A program made the translations under genes and the position numbers. DNA of 64,000 nt from Eledone cirrhosa (taxonomy: Eukaryota). Shown piece by piece: positions 12,163 to 26,382 of this stretch (its first letter is position 1; each line of letters begins with the position of its first letter). The notes beneath the pieces are model-generated. The model saw only the letters and a list, made by a program, of their open reading frames with translations. It was not told where the DNA came from and did no database searches. The DNA lies in the NCBI GenBank assembly GCA_964016885.1, contig OZ024740.1:156488001-156552000 (forward strand), given 5' to 3'.

Positions 12163-13175
12163 GCTAGGGCGGGTAAAATTCCCGAAATCCATGGACGAGT
12201 TCTCCCCAGCGGTCTCTGTCCCTCATTATCGCAGCCATGGCCTGCGTCTCCAACAGACCAGTGTCCGTCCTTAGGGCATCAACATACGTTAACCTTGGTC
12301 TTCCTCTTTCAGGGTGTCCATGTAGGGGCTCCCACCGGAGCACTTAGTGCAATGTCAACTCTGGATATCGGTGAGCATGTCCAGCTAACTTCAGTCTCCT
12401 CTGTCACATTTGAGCTCACTTTTGGGAGGCTCCCATACAGCTCTGAGTTTTTCATCCTCAGTGTATACTGATTAATGTTTAGAGCTATCCTCAACATTCT
12501 CGTGTAGCACCCATCCACCATCTGAGTGAGTTTCTTGGTCAGTGTCCAAATCTCAGGCCCGTACAGCAATACAGACTCCACTACAGCAATGAAGAGGCGG
12601 ATTTTCAGGTCTTTACGAAGGTCCGACTTCCACACCGATCTCAAGCTGTGGCACTCCGCCCAGGGTTTGCTCCCCCTCTCAACCACATCATCTTTCGTAT
12701 TCCCAATATTTGCTCCCAAATACAGGAAGTCCTCAACCAATTCTAGCGACTTCCCGCCTACATTAGTGATCCCCTCTGGCTTCTCAACATTCTCTACCAG
12801 ATATTTTGTTTTAGTCTCATTCATTCTCAGCCCCACACTCATCGACATAGTCTCAACCTCCTGCATCAAATCCTGTGCCTCCTTCACTGTATTTGTCACC
12901 AAATCTATGTCGTAGGCAAATTCAGCATCTGTTATCTTTTTCGCCTTAACTTTCCTGCTCTGAGCCGGTGCTCCAGTAAAGCCAGAGTCCTAGTTTTTCT
13001 CCAGTGCAAGGCGCATACAATAGCCCACTACGATGATAAAAAGGTAGGGAGCTAATGTATCTTCCTGGAGCACGCCAGCCAGTATCTCAAAGAACTCTGT
13101 CATCCCATCAGGTGTAATGACCTGGGCTTTGGTGTTGATGTAGAGCAGTGGTATCAGGTCCACTATTTTCTTGGG
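12163..13175 (-). mobile_element. RTE-type LINE, 3' segment (RT C-terminal half)
   Basis: GVLQEDTLAPYLF, FA*DIDL, GLRMNETKTK, DFLYLG, VESVLLYGPEIWTLTK. Confidence 0.9.
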
Positions 13176-14723
13176 AGACAGTGATGTGAGTGCGGAAGAG
13201 TTCCATGAGGAGGTGTGTAGAGCTGTCAACACCACACAAGCACACAACATCCTGCTTGTTTTGGGGGACTTGCACATCTGAGTAAGGAGGGCAGTGAAGA
13301 TCCTTGCTGGTACTTCCATAACAACACCAACCGAAATGGAAGACTACTGAGAGACACCCTGCCGGAGGCGAACTTGATAGCGACCAACCTTAGGTTTAGG
13401 AAGAATCCGGGGAAGATGTGGACATACATCTCAGTTATGCACCTGTCCAAGTCCCAGATTGATTTCATTCTAGTGAGGAAAAAGTGGCGGAATAGTGTTC
13501 TGAACACAGAACCATGAAACTATTTCAGTACACTGGGTAGTGACCACCGGCTTGTTATGAGTGAGGTCCGGGTGAGCTTAAGAAAGAGCAATGCTCGGCC
13601 CCGGAGAGCAATCTATGACTGGGGAGCTTTCAAGGAAGATGATAAGCTACAAGAGAGGTTCACAGTGGAAGTGAGGAACAGGTTCAGTGCTCTGTGTGGA
13701 GAGACAGAGGAGAGAGAGAGATTGGAGGGACAGAGGAGAGTGTGACGAGGAGGTACGGGCACTTTACCAATGCAGTGGCGGAAGCAAGTGAGACCCTGGT
13801 GCCGAGGAGAAGGAACAAAAGGAAGAACGTTAGCTCTGCAGACCCAAAAGTGTGTGCAGCCAGAGAACACCTGAAAGCTGCTAAGGACCAATTCTATGCT
13901 GATCCTACGGAGGAGAGGATGGAGACTGTGGAGGTGATGAGAGAAGAACTCTATACCGCTTACACTGAGGCCAGAGAAGAGGCACTGATAGAGAAGATCA
14001 GAAGTATAGAGAGAGCGGTTGGCAGGTCTGGATGTAAGGAGAGCTGGATGATCATCAACGAGATCACAGGGAGGAAAAGAAGGTATTCGAGTCAGATCCA
14101 GGGAACAGGACCCGAGGATAGGAAGAGGAAATGGCTAGACCATTTTAGGACCCAACTAGGAGAGCCACCCTCCACAGCCCAGAGCACTGGGGAGATCAGG
14201 CGGCTGTTTGAAGAACTGGATATTGAGACAGAGCCCTTCACCAGAGAAGAGCTTCAGAGAGCCAAGAAGAGGATCAAGGAGGGCAAGGCTCATGGAGAAG
14301 ATGGAGTGGCATCAGAGGTGATGAAGAGGTGTGATTTTGATGATATCATCCTGGGGTTCTGTAACCAGGCACTGGAGAAAGGAGTTGCCCCGAATCAGTG
14401 GAGGATCAGTAACATCGCCCCAGTGCCAAATAATGGAGATCTATCTAACACCAACAACTACAGGGGGATCTCACTGACGTCACTTGTGGCAACGACCCTC
14501 AACAGGATGATTCTTAACAGTATCTAGCCTCAGATGGAGAAGAAGCTCAGGGACAACCAGAGCGGCTTCAGAGAGGGAAGATCAACCACCAGTCACATCC
14601 TGATGCTGAGGAGGATATTAGAGGGAGCTAGAGCAAAGTGCCTTCCTGCGGTCATGGTTTTCATTGACTTTAGGAATGCCTTTGATTCTGTGGACCGTCA
14701 CTGCTTGATGAAGATCTTACAGG

Positions 14724-14726
<3 letters not shown>
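13174..14726 (+). mobile_element. RTE-type LINE, inverted 5' segment (end of APE to first half of RT)
   Basis: VLGDL, IDFILVR, SDHRLV, NYRGISLTSL, NQSGFREGRST, FIDFRNAFDSV; ends at LMKILQAY. Confidence 0.9.
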
Positions 14727-14793
<67 letters not shown>

Positions 14794-15099
14794 AGACGGA
14801 AACAGTGCTGTGATTGCCATTTGAGGGACCGTTCTTATTCTTGCGTTACAGATTTAATCCATCGTTTTAGTGTCTTGGTGATATTGGTTACAGATATGTT
14901 TGGCATATAACGTTGATGATGATCATGACGTCGTTGTTCCTGCTCTTGTCAAGGTGTCTTTATAATGAGGATGAGTGTATTTCCAAATATCCCTTAATTT
15001 GGCTATTAACACTCGAATTATGTTGCCAGTTTAATATTACACACAGTTTTGTATTATTCAAGTACATGATCTAAGTTCTCGTACGTATTTTAGTACGAG

Positions 15100-15860
15100 G
15101 GTAAGTCAGAAATTATCCAAACTTTCACACACATCTTTGGGTTTGTCGCACTACCTTCTGCTCCTGCATGCTTATAGTTAGTACTTTTGTGGTCACGGGA
15201 TCTAAGTTTGAGCTTGCTCGCTCCAATTCTTTTGGCTTCTCTTACAAACCAACCAAATCGCTCTGAACTCTCAAGCCTACAAGCGCATGTAGGTCCATAC
15301 ATTCGCGCCATCCTCGTTTAACAAACTTCCCTCCCACAACTTTCCTTTCGAACCGGAACTTTAAAAAATTGATGATGGCTTGGCCGAAGAGGAAAGTGTC
15401 TATCATGAGACGTTTCAGTCGTGGCCACCTCACAACCTCTTTCACTACAGCTACCAGGCAGAGGAAAATTGTCTGTCTTTATCGACCAAAAGAAGATGGC
15501 GGGCCGATCTTAACGATGGAGTCGGCCGATAGTTTTGCACGTGACAATAGCTGTTAGACAAGACTCCACAAGTCAGCAATGTCCGGACACTGGATGATTG
15601 CGAGAAAAACGGTTTCGTGGATCCGCGCGCATCTCGGACAGGTCCGTCTGACAACATTTCCGTACCTTTAGAGTTTGTTTCGAACCGACAGTCTCCCCTT
15701 GTAGCTCTGCTCCGCCAGAGATTTCTGGAAATAATCTATAGGCCCCTGACGGAAAGTTCTCCGGAGGGGAAAGGCTAGTTCTTTCTTATCGACGCCTAGA
15801 ATTACACCAAGAACGTCGTCGTATTTGCCCACCACTATTCCTCTCTAGAACGCTAAAGTG
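15100..15860 (-). mobile_element. 3' fragment of a Tx1/L1-type LINE related to 58040-63790
   Basis: Minus strand RTFRQGPIDYFQKSLA...TCPRC...TFLFGQAIINF...MARMYGP aligns with RTFRPGPMDNFQKSLA...ICPWC...TFLSGQQLILF...MARVDGP. Confidence 0.8.
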
Positions 15861-16014
15861 TAATTTCTACTGACCACATTGCCTGATTGGTATCGGGTTG
15901 TGAGCGCTTGACAACATTTTAATGAAAGTGTTTATGTCTGAGCCTCTTCATATGACTTGAAGAGATGATAAAATACTCCGGTTCATTTTCCACCCGCACT
16001 GCGTTACTAAAGAA

Positions 16015-16128
16015 ATAATTGTTTCTACGTATGGCACAAGGCCAGAAATTACCCAGTGCATTACTGGTACTTCATTTTATCGACCCCGTCAGGATGAAAG
16101 GCAAAGTTAACCTCGGCGGGATTTTAAC
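16015..16128 (-). mobile_element. 5'-truncated Nin-like SINE
   Basis: Reverse complement of the 3' half of 9339-9525. Confidence 0.8.
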
Positions 16129-18089
16129 GTATACATAGAGACTACAAGATTATACTGTGCAGTGAAAATGCAAATTACGTATAAACGAGGGCGGAAAAGA
16201 TGTTATACAACATATCTAGGATGAGTTTAATATTTGTAATAACCGTAAATATATACAAATAAATATAAGATGACAGACAATCAAAATTATCAAAACAAGA
16301 TATTAATATTTTAGTCAACCTAGATTGTGTCAGAGTAACACACGACTCAAATCATTTGTACCTATCCTGTCCCCTTCCTTTAGGTACTAAACATATTTTG
16401 CATTGAAAAAAGTTGATGAACAGTCCGGATGTCGTTGCTGACGTAGAAAGGCCCACATCTGTGTTGTGATTTCAGTACAGTATTTAGTGAGTAGCCTGTT
16501 TCTTGTGTGCTCTACATCGGCTCCCAAATTTTTGCCTATCTGCACTCAGTTAGTTTCAATATTTTTCAGTTTCTGTACTCAAATATATATTCAAGGTTGT
16601 CGCTAGTTGTTTGCTTTCTATGCGAGGCACTTTGAAAAATAAGTCAGTGTCATTGAGAATCACCTAGGGATTTTTGGTTATCTTCCCTTAGCTTTTTTTT
16701 TCTTTTTGGACTTCTTTTTAGTCTCTCCAACAGTTTACTCTTCTTTCCCTTCCTCTATACTCCTCTGTTGTATAAGACGGTGGGTTAGTGCTGTTGTAAG
16801 TGGCAATTTGTCATCGTAAGCTTCTCGAAACGAAGATGAAGTGGGATTTCTGGCCAATTGTGGAACTGCAATCAGTGGTGAGCCTCTAAAACTCTAATTG
16901 ATGGAGCTATTGAGGTTGGAGCTTACTATTCTCCATTGTCTTCTCTTCACCATTTATTCAGCTCTCCAGGTCAAAACATTTTTTTTCATTCTTCATAGAC
17001 AAGTTGTTAATACAGACATCTGCAAAATTTTTATCTGGTTCTTCGAGAGTACAGAGAAAACTAGACAACCTTCGTGAAATTAAGGTAGAGCACGTTTCGT
17101 TCCCTGCTTCTGGATAAAAAATTAGGTCAAGAAAACAGAGTATCTTTAAATCTAATTTTACTATATTTGCGTTTTTGACAGTTAAATCCATATTAAGAGT
17201 TCAATGTCGGAGGCAATTTTGGCAAAGCTACTTCCATTTATGCATTTTCGCTCCGCAATCAGTGGTGTGTATGTGAGAGTAAATGTTATTAATCTTGCTA
17301 TTGTTATTCGTATTGCTTCTGCAGAGCCCGTTCCCCAAAGCACTCACATCGATTTTATTTTATTTCAGAAAACACAAAATGTTCCTCTTCTAAATCTAAA
17401 GTGATCGGTCCCAAAGCAGCTTCGTTCGCGTGTTTTTGGCTTTTCATTCGCAAAGGTATTTGTTTTCTTTGGTGGAAAGTATTTTTCAAAGTTAACTTCT
17501 CACTTATACGAATTGAGTGTAACCAAAACAATGTTAAATTCTTCAATAAAATTATTTTCTTTGTTTTCAAAATGGAGCGAAAATCAATTAAATAAACTTC
17601 ATTTGCGGTTACGTGACACAACATGTACAAATATCCAATTTCCTAAGGTGTTAATATCCAACGATGTCCAGTCGAAACTAAAAAATCTAAATGTTTAATC
17701 AGATTTTTATTTCAAAATATTTTGAAAATTAATTGAATAACCGTCATTATGAATGTCAACTGGTTCGGGCACATAAAAAGTCTAATCTTTTAACAATGTA
17801 GTATTATTCAAATAATGCAGAGAGAGAGAGGGGGGGGGGGGGGCGAGAGAGGAAGGGAGAGAGGGAGAGAGAGAGATATCAGAAGTGAACACGTTCACGT
17901 TCGACGAAAACCAATAGAGTACTGTTGATTACCCCAATTTTTGTATTTGACAGGTACTTCATTTTTTCGACATCCGAATGATAAAAGCAAAGTTGATCTT
18001 GCCCGGATTTGAAGTGAGAAGGAAAAATAAGAGATAACAATTTGTCTGATGCTTTTCCGATTCTTCCAATTCATAGCCATTGCCAATAA

Positions 18090-18750
18090 TAATAATACTG
18101 CTTTTTAATTTAGGTACAAGTCCAAACATTTTTAAACATTGGTATAGTCGATTATATCGACCCTTCGAATTTTACTGGTATTTTAACAACACCGGAAAGA
18201 TGAAAAGCAAAGTTAACCTCGGCGCGATTTGAACTAAGAACATAACATCTCAGCAAAAATACCGCTAGACATTCTGTTCGATGCCTTGGCAATTCTACCC
18301 TTTGCCTTATAATAATTGTTTCTACTTTTGGCACAAGGCCAGCAATTACCTAGTACATTACTGGTACTTTATTTTATCGACCTCGTAAGGATGAAAGGCA
18401 AAGTTAACCTCGGCGCGATTTGAACTCAGAATGGCAAGGGACGTAACTCTATGCGTCAAAGCATAGTGTCCGACCCTCTACCGATACTACCAATCCACCG
18501 CCTAAAAATGATTTCTGCCAATCCTTTGCCTTATAATAATGGTTTCTGATTTAGGCAAAAGGCCATCAATTTTAGGGATGGGGGAAAGTCGATTAAATCG
18601 ACCGCAGTGCCGACTGGTACTTTATTTTATCGACCCGTAAGGATGAAAGGCAGGATTTGAACTCAGACCATAAAGGGACGTAACTCTATGCTGCAAAGCA
18701 TGGCATCCGACTCTCTACTGATACTGCCAATCCACTGCCCTCCTTTGGCT

Positions 18751-18785
<35 letters not shown>
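18090..18785 (-). mobile_element. Stack of three Nin-like SINE copies next to (TAA)n
   Basis: Copies at ~18100-18300, ~18315-18503 and ~18540-18740; cctttgccttataataat repeated at 18299 and 18523. Confidence 0.8.
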
Positions 18786-18786
<1 letters not shown>

Positions 18787-20176
18787 TAATTATTGATTTC
18801 TGTCTGAAATAACAAAGCCACAAATATTCGTGGAACAGAAGTAGTCAATAATGTCGACCCCGATTCTTGACAAAAAGCATTGTTTGGCACTCTAGTGGTT
18901 CTTTTATTCGCTGTCTTTCTCAACATTACTTATCAGACAACAAATCGTTTTGATCAACTTTTAAGATTCTATTTATATGATTAAAACATTTAGAACAATG
19001 GCAATTATATGCAAGAATCTGTGCTTAACGTTATACCAACACATCAGTTCTTCCACTGACATATCGATCCTTATATATTATTCTGCAAAGATTTCGTGAT
19101 GTACAATAAAGAAATATTCATAAAGCAAAACTTCTAAAGTGCTATAATGTGTTTAAAACGAATTTTAAAATTACTTGAAAAGTGGCCAATATATAAATAT
19201 TTAATCATACATAATTTGGCAGCGAGGACGATAAAATATAATATATTTGTGGTAAAGTTATTTATTTAATGTGTAGAATTTAGGTGGAAGTGTCAATAGA
19301 TTTCGGAGCATCGATCCTTTGATCGTCATTTTAGAAATCATTACATCACTCACCCAGCTGCAGTTTTCTGTAATTAAATAACACCATACATTTTTCAAGA
19401 GGGTGTAGTCGATTATCTTGATTCATAATCGATATATATTTTATCGACTTAGAAAGGATAAAAGGTAAATCAGAGCTGATGCGATTTAACTTGATAACGC
19501 AAAAGATTGCAGTTAAAAACCACAAACTCTTTTGCTGTTTACTTCAGATCTTAATAATTAATAAAGTGTTTTCTAAAATAAGCATGGGACCACATATGTA
19601 TTTTTGAGTGGTGGTGGTGTACAGTTGAGTACATTGCTCTGGCAGTATTTGATTATTTCTTAGTTTCTCATACTCTATTCCATCCTTTCTGTCACATTAA
19701 CTGTCACGCTCACTATTTTCATACTTTTCTCTATCCAGGAGTATGGAACCATATCATATGCCTTTTGATAATCGGTCCATCCCATCGCTAACTCAGTTTG
19801 TCGCCTGCAACTCCGCATTACCATTTTATCAATTAGTATCTAATTTTTTTGTCAGCTTTCTACATCATTTCTGCTCTACGGGCAGTAAATTCAGTCCTGG
19901 TTTTCAGTTAAGACATTGGCATGAAATTTAGAATCCAGAAATATGGCATACTGGTTATAAAAAAGGAAAATCTGTTATGTACTATTACAAAATAACATGG
20001 AAACGCATCAAATAGACCAGAAGAAGGGTTACAAATATCTGGGAATTCTTGAAGTAGACAAGATCAAAATTCAGGAGATGAAAAACAAGCCCAAAAGGGA
20101 GTACTATAGAAGATTGAAAACAACTCTGAAATCAAAACTAAATGCAGCAAACATCATTTCATTATTAAACTCCAGT

Positions 20177-20584
20177 AGGCGGTGGATTGGCAGTATCGGT
20201 GGAGGGTCGGACGCCATGCTTTCCAGCATAGTTACGTCCCTTTACGATCTGAGTTCAAATCCTGCCGAGGTTGACTTTGCCTTTCATCCTTACGAGGTCG
20301 ATAAATAAAGTACCAGTAATGCACTGGGTAATTGCTGGCCTTGTGTCTAAAGTAGAAACAATTATTAAACTCCAGTAGGGTGGTGGATTGGCAGTATCGG
20401 TAGAGCGTCAGACACCATGCTCTCCAGCATAGAGTTACGACCCTTTATGATCTGAGTTCAAATCCTGCTGAGGTTAACTTTGCCTTTCATCCTTACGGGG
20501 TCGATAAAATAAAGTACCAGTCACGCACTGGGGCCGACTTTCCCCTTCCTCATAATTGCTTGCCTTGTGCCTATATAAGAAACC
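20177..20584 (+). mobile_element. Two tandem Nin-like SINEs sharing a triplicated 16-bp target
   Basis: attattaaactccagt at 20161, 20361 and 20585. Confidence 0.9.
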
Positions 20585-20856
20585 ATTATTAAACTCCAGT
20601 GACGTAGCTGTTGTGAAGTATGGTGCAGAAATAGTGTCGTGGAAGAAGGATGCATCAGAAGAAATGGATCGAAAGACAAGAAAAGTTCTAACCAAGTCCA
20701 GTGGACTGAAAAGAAAAGAGATATTGATAGGTTTTATCTACCAGGAAAGAAGGGAGAGAGATGTCTTATAAGTGTGGAAGATTGTGTTGACATGGAAGAA
20801 GCGAGTTTAAGAGAGTATGTAAGGTAGAGCAAAGAAACATAAACTAAAGAAATAAT

Positions 20857-21040
20857 TGTTTCTACTTTAGGCACAAGGCCAGCAATTATCCAGTGCATTA
20901 CTGGTACTTTATTTTATCGATCCCGTAAGGATGAAAGGCCAAGTCACCTCGGCGGGATTTGAACTCAGATCGTAAAGGGACGTAACTATGCTGGAAAGCA
21001 TGGTGTCCGACCCTCTACCGATACTGCCAATCCACCGCCC
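20857..21040 (-). mobile_element. Nin-like SINE with TSD
   Basis: TSD taaactaaagaaataat on both sides. Confidence 0.85.
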
Positions 21041-21929
21041 TTAAACTAAAGAAATAATAAGAGAAGAAATGTTCGGCGAAGGTAAACGAAAGAAGAGTCA
21101 CAGTTGTTGCTACAATGCAGAGGTTAAAAAAGCACGGCAGGGAAAGTTCTATATTAAAAGTTCTATATTGAAGTGATCAGAGAAGAGAAACGTTGGGACT
21201 GAATCAGGAAAGGTTATATGAAAAAATAAGAGACAATGATTTTTGATAGCTACTCAGGATCAATCTCTAAGGACAAGATACTTCAGAAAACATACTAGTG
21301 GGTAGGATGTAACAGATTAGTGTTGCATATAAAGGTATAAAACAGTTACTCATATTGTCAACAAAAATGTACAAGACTATCACAAAGGCAATATAAATTT
21401 TGGAGAAATTATAAAGCGGTTCGGATTATCCATTGGAAACTTTGTCACAGAGTTCAGCTTCAATCGCTCCGAGAAACGGTATAATCCTCAAGTTAAAAGG
21501 GTGATAGAAAATGAAAAAGTCAAACTGTTGTGGGATTTTCACATGCATACAGACAAATTTATTGAATACTATTGGCCAGATGTTGTTTTGTTTAACAAGA
21601 CTGAAAAGCAGGTGTGAATTATTGATGTCATCTACCAATTTGACACAAGAGTCAAAGAGGAGAAAGAAAATCTAAAAGGGAATAATGAATTGCAGTATGA
21701 ACTATCGAGGATTTGGAATTGCAATTATTATTAGAATTTTGGGCACATTGTCAAGTAGACTTGAAGGATTGTTAGACAAGATAGAGATGGAAGAAGAATT
21801 TAGCATTATACAAAGGGCATGCTTGTACGGATCTCTTGCGATATGTGTTGAAAACCTGAGGTCAAATGCAATTGACTTGTTATTTGACAAAAATTCCAGT
21901 TTAAACATCTACACTGTGTGATTGCATAA

Positions 21930-22330
21930 TAATTATTTCTACCTTAGGCTCAAGGCCAACAATTATTGGGGAGGGGCAAGTCGATTAAATCGACCCCAGT
22001 TAATTACTGATACTTTATTTTATCGATCCCGTAAAGATGAAAGGGAAAGCTAACCTCGGTGGGATTTGTACTTAGAAAATAAAGGGCTGCAACTTTATGC
22101 AATAAAGCATATTATCCGACAATCTACCAATACTGCTAATCCACTAATAATAATTGTTTCTACTTTTGGCACAAGGCCAGCAATTATCAGTGCATTACTG
22201 GTATTTTATTTTATCGACCCCATAAGGATGAAAGGCAAAGTTAATCTCGGCGGGATTTGAACTCAAAATGGAAAGGGCCGTAACTCTATGCGTCAAAGCA
22301 TGGCGTCCGACCCTCTACCGATACTGCCAA
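21930..22330 (-). mobile_element. Two stacked Nin-like SINEs
   Basis: Copies at ~21930-22145 and ~22150-22330, each adjoining taataa. Confidence 0.8.
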
Positions 22331-22339
22331 TAATAATGA

Positions 22340-23920
22340 TAATATTTTGTGATTGCATTGATACAAATGAAAATGATTTTGAGAAAGAATGAAGCAGGGT
22401 ATGATTTAGGAAAGAGATGGGTCACCATAAACCACCTGCTATTTTTTGATGATCTTAAGCTCTATGAAAAGAATGAACAACAGTTGGACTCCTTGATCAA
22501 TACGGATCAAGCATTTAGTCAGGTTATTTGATATCCAAATATGTGGTGTGTTGATTATAATCAACACACCACATTTGATAATTATCAAATGAGGAAGATT
22601 TGGGAAAGCAGGGGAAGATTACTGAATGGTCAACAAATGATGCGAATAGATGTAATTTTAAGCTGATAAGATGAAGCATACAGAAATAGGCAAGAGTACA
22701 TCAAATGGGTGGAAATCTATTGATATCAAAACTCAATGCAGGAAACAATATTTGCTTTGAATTCAGGAAACAATAAGGCTTTGAATTCATTGTGTCTGTG
22801 ATTAGGCATGGAGCAGGCATCATATTTTGGAAGAAGTACGAAGCAGAAGAAATCGAGAGAAAGACAAGGAAGCTATTAACTATTTACCAAGCGTTTAATT
22901 GCACTGGGGATGTTGATAAACCATATATGCCGCGGCGAATTGGTGGGAAATGTTTGATAAGGGTAGAAGTCAGTGTGAATATTGAAAGCTTACGAAAACA
23001 TGTGGCTGGGAATGGTAAAATCTTGATCAAAGAAGTAAGCAATGTGAACTTCTGAGGATAATGCAAGGAAAAAGATGTGAAAAGGTAAGGTCTGCAAAAG
23101 TACACTAACAAAGCTCAACATGGGAACTTTTATGTGAACACTGACTCGATCAGAGATGAAAAGATCTGGGACTGGGTACGGAAAGGCGACTTAAAGCGAG
23201 AGACTGAGGGAATGATCATGGCTGCCCAGGATCAGTCACCGAGAACAAGATGTATGAGAAAAACTGTTGATGGAGATGTTTCAGAAGTGTCACATGTGTG
23301 ATGTCAGAGATAAAACAATGTCAAATATGAAACAATGTACAATGCAGTGCTCTTGCTTAGACATCCCATAAAATATGGTGACATGATAGAATTGCACAGG
23401 AATGATAGAATTGCATTGGTTGATGTGGCATCATTCTAATATGAAGCCTCAGATAAATGATATAATCACAAGACTGAAAAGGTAATGCAGAATGAGAAAG
23501 TGAAGATTCTCTGGAATTTTCCTATACAGACCCATAAAGATCTAAAGCACAAGAAACCCAATATACTTGTATATAAGGAAAACAAAGAATGATGGATAAT
23601 TGATTTTGCATGTCAAATGGATTTTAGAATCAAGGAAAAAGAAACTGAAAAGGTAGAAAGATATGATGACTTAAAGTATGAGATTGTGTGGATCTGTAAG
23701 AATGTCCGTGCAAAACCAATAATAATTGAGGCTTTAGAGATAGTGCATAAAAACCTTGATGGGCTGGGTGAAAAGTATTAATGTAAAAAAAGAATTTAGC
23801 ATCCTTCAGAAAGCTTGTTTATTGAGAACTGGGATGATTCCGAGAAATGTGCTGAACACCTAATGTCAACGGATTTGACATGCAGAAACATCAAAATACC
23901 GAGAAAAATCTAAATGATAA
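22340..23920 (+). mobile_element. Decayed R4/Dong-type LINE fragment
   Basis: INHLLFFDDLKLY, IRHGAGIIFW..IERKTRKLLT, WVRKGDLKRETEGMIMAAQDQ, KILWNF...KHKKPNI. Confidence 0.8.
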
Positions 23921-26349
23921 TATGAAATACATCTACAGACATAGATGTTGGGATATTAAGCACATAAAGGTTCGCCAGCATTATAATCTACCAACAGAAT
24001 AAAAGGTGGTATAAATACGTAATAGAAATGGCCCCAGAGAACGATAAAGTGACAATGCACTAGGATATGCAACTCCCCACAGTCGGGGAGGTCAAGACAA
24101 ATGGGTTGAATGTTGTGGAGTACCAATAGGAAAAGATGTGCCTTCCCATCGACGTCCCAGTCAAGACATACGGTCATGGAGCCCTTAAATAAATGGAGGA
24201 TTTTTCAAATATACAAATCTGAAAATAGAGATAGCCAGAAGGCAGTGATTGAAAACACAAACAATCCCTCTAATACTAATCTTTTCAATAATTAAGAAAC
24301 ATGCAAACGCATATGCAACACACATACCAGGGCGCAAACATATGTAAGACATAGACAGATATAGACCTAGTGGTATGGCACACACATTGCCTAGAGTATA
24401 TGCAATGCAATAGAAAGTACAAAACCACAACAAAACACTACACACATCGAAGGAGGACAGGGTTGCGTTCAGTTGTGGAGTGAAAGACGTAATAGAAAAA
24501 CAGCACCATTGGAAATATAAAAATCATAATGGTTTCTCATATAGATACATGGTTACCTGTGTTTTGAGCAGGAAATTATTTAAACTAGCCCCTGTACGTG
24601 ACAAGGCATTACGAATGAAGGGCATATTGGATAACAAAGTTCCGAACAGATCATTCCTGAAGTAAAGGGGATTGGTTGAGCTAGAATCTCTTTGTTCGTA
24701 TGTTTGTATGCTCGTGGCTGGGGACTAAACAAATGCTAGACATTTTATGCTACGTTCTACCGATTATACAGAGTTGTCTGTTTTGTCCATGACAAACTGA
24801 GTTTATTTTGTCACTATGATAAACTGAGTTACTCGGGCTATTATTTTCAATGTTGTTGTTATAATCGCAACATTTCGGTCGTTGAAACACACGGCTTTTC
24901 AGGTTTCTGTCGTATTCGGTAATTTTCTCGGGATTTTGAATTAAATAATATATTACAATACATTCAAACAACAGGAGTATACTGTTCTTATTCTGCTGTG
25001 CATAGATCATCCTTATATTAGTTAACTAGTTATTTGCGATATAACATACTTGTTCCGCTTAAATTGGAGAGTAAATCGATACACTAAAAGAAATTAAACC
25101 TAAGACTATAAAACGTTAAGTTTATAGCTTCTACAAATACAATAGCATAGACAAAATAATCTTTAGTTAAATGTTAAGTGCATTTGTCTCTCTGACGGTC
25201 GTGAATTCAATCCATAGGTTATTATATTCATATATACTTTATTTGCAGTGGAACCAGAAAGTGACTCCATGAGAAACTAATTAAGTAATCCCAAGTTATC
25301 CTGGTCATTTCCAACGGAATGAAAACAAAATAGTAACGAGAGCTTTAAAATTAGTGCAGGTTATCTCCCTTTGATTAATGATTTAACATATTTACTCGTT
25401 TTTAACGTATCTACTCGTTTGGTTTGATTTGAAATTCCGGGGGCATTGCCGTATTATAATACGACTGACACTTGAAGAAGATCTGACAATTCAGCGACTG
25501 AAACGTTATGATTATAACAGCCAAGATGAAAACACTTGTCTGAATAAATCATGATATAATAATAAATTCTCTATATTTGTCCTCATACAACTAGAATTAC
25601 ATTGCACTTACTCAAAAAGAAAATCAATATAATATTTTAACTAGGAAACAAAACAATATTTTCTAAAATAATGATATCTGTTCGATTTCATTTCTATGTA
25701 AATAATTTATAAATGCAAATAACTTATAAGCCAGAATACAAAATTATATTTTCTCAAATAATGATAATAATAATCTCTTTTCTCGATTTCATTTCAATAA
25801 TTTATAAGTCTAGAAAGTATATCATATCGAAGTATTTCCTCATGATATTTCTATGATCATTTCCATTAAATTTTATGGATATTTATACTGCGTAAACATT
25901 CTTGTTTGAAGGATATATCTGATATTTCAAATTGTAATATGGCTGACAGCACCATTCGCAGCAACAATGTCTGTAAGGGAATACAAATAATTATTGAGAA
26001 GAGAAAAACAAAAAATATGACCGGAACATCTCCACTTTTCATTGAACAATACCGAAATTTATGGACCCTGTGCATGTTTAAGCTGATTGATATTCTGCTA
26101 AAGTTCTATTTCACCAGGAAAGTGGTTAAGATGTCTGGACTTCAATTTCACGACTAAAATATATATTATCCTTGAATAGAAACCTCAGTGTGAGAAGTAA
26201 ACAACAAAATAAAATATTTCTTGACACAATAGTGCAAGGTATTCATTTCCGTAAAGCTTTTGATTTGTATCTTGTCATGATGGATATTGTGTACGTCCGC
26301 AAAACTATTGCAGTACTACTAGTACTACTACTACTGCTGCTGGTGGTGG

Positions 26350-26382
<33 letters not shown>

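Larger units (their letters stand above)
19900..21930 (+). mobile_element. Decayed R4/Dong-type LINE (RT C-terminus to RLE), interrupted by three SINEs
   Basis: YKYLGILE..KREYYRRLKTTLKSKLNAAN, VVKYGAEIVSW..MDRKTRK, DIDRFYLP, KLLWDF. Confidence 0.8.

Noticed and set aside
16300-17750. Possible host exons or LINE ORF1 on the minus strand
   Set aside because: Short broken ORFs with no motif I can recognise; needs BLASTx.
25866-26157. Hydrophobic 69-aa ORF as a possible host exon
   Set aside because: No recognisable domain or convincing splice context; such ORFs are expected by chance in AT-rich DNA.
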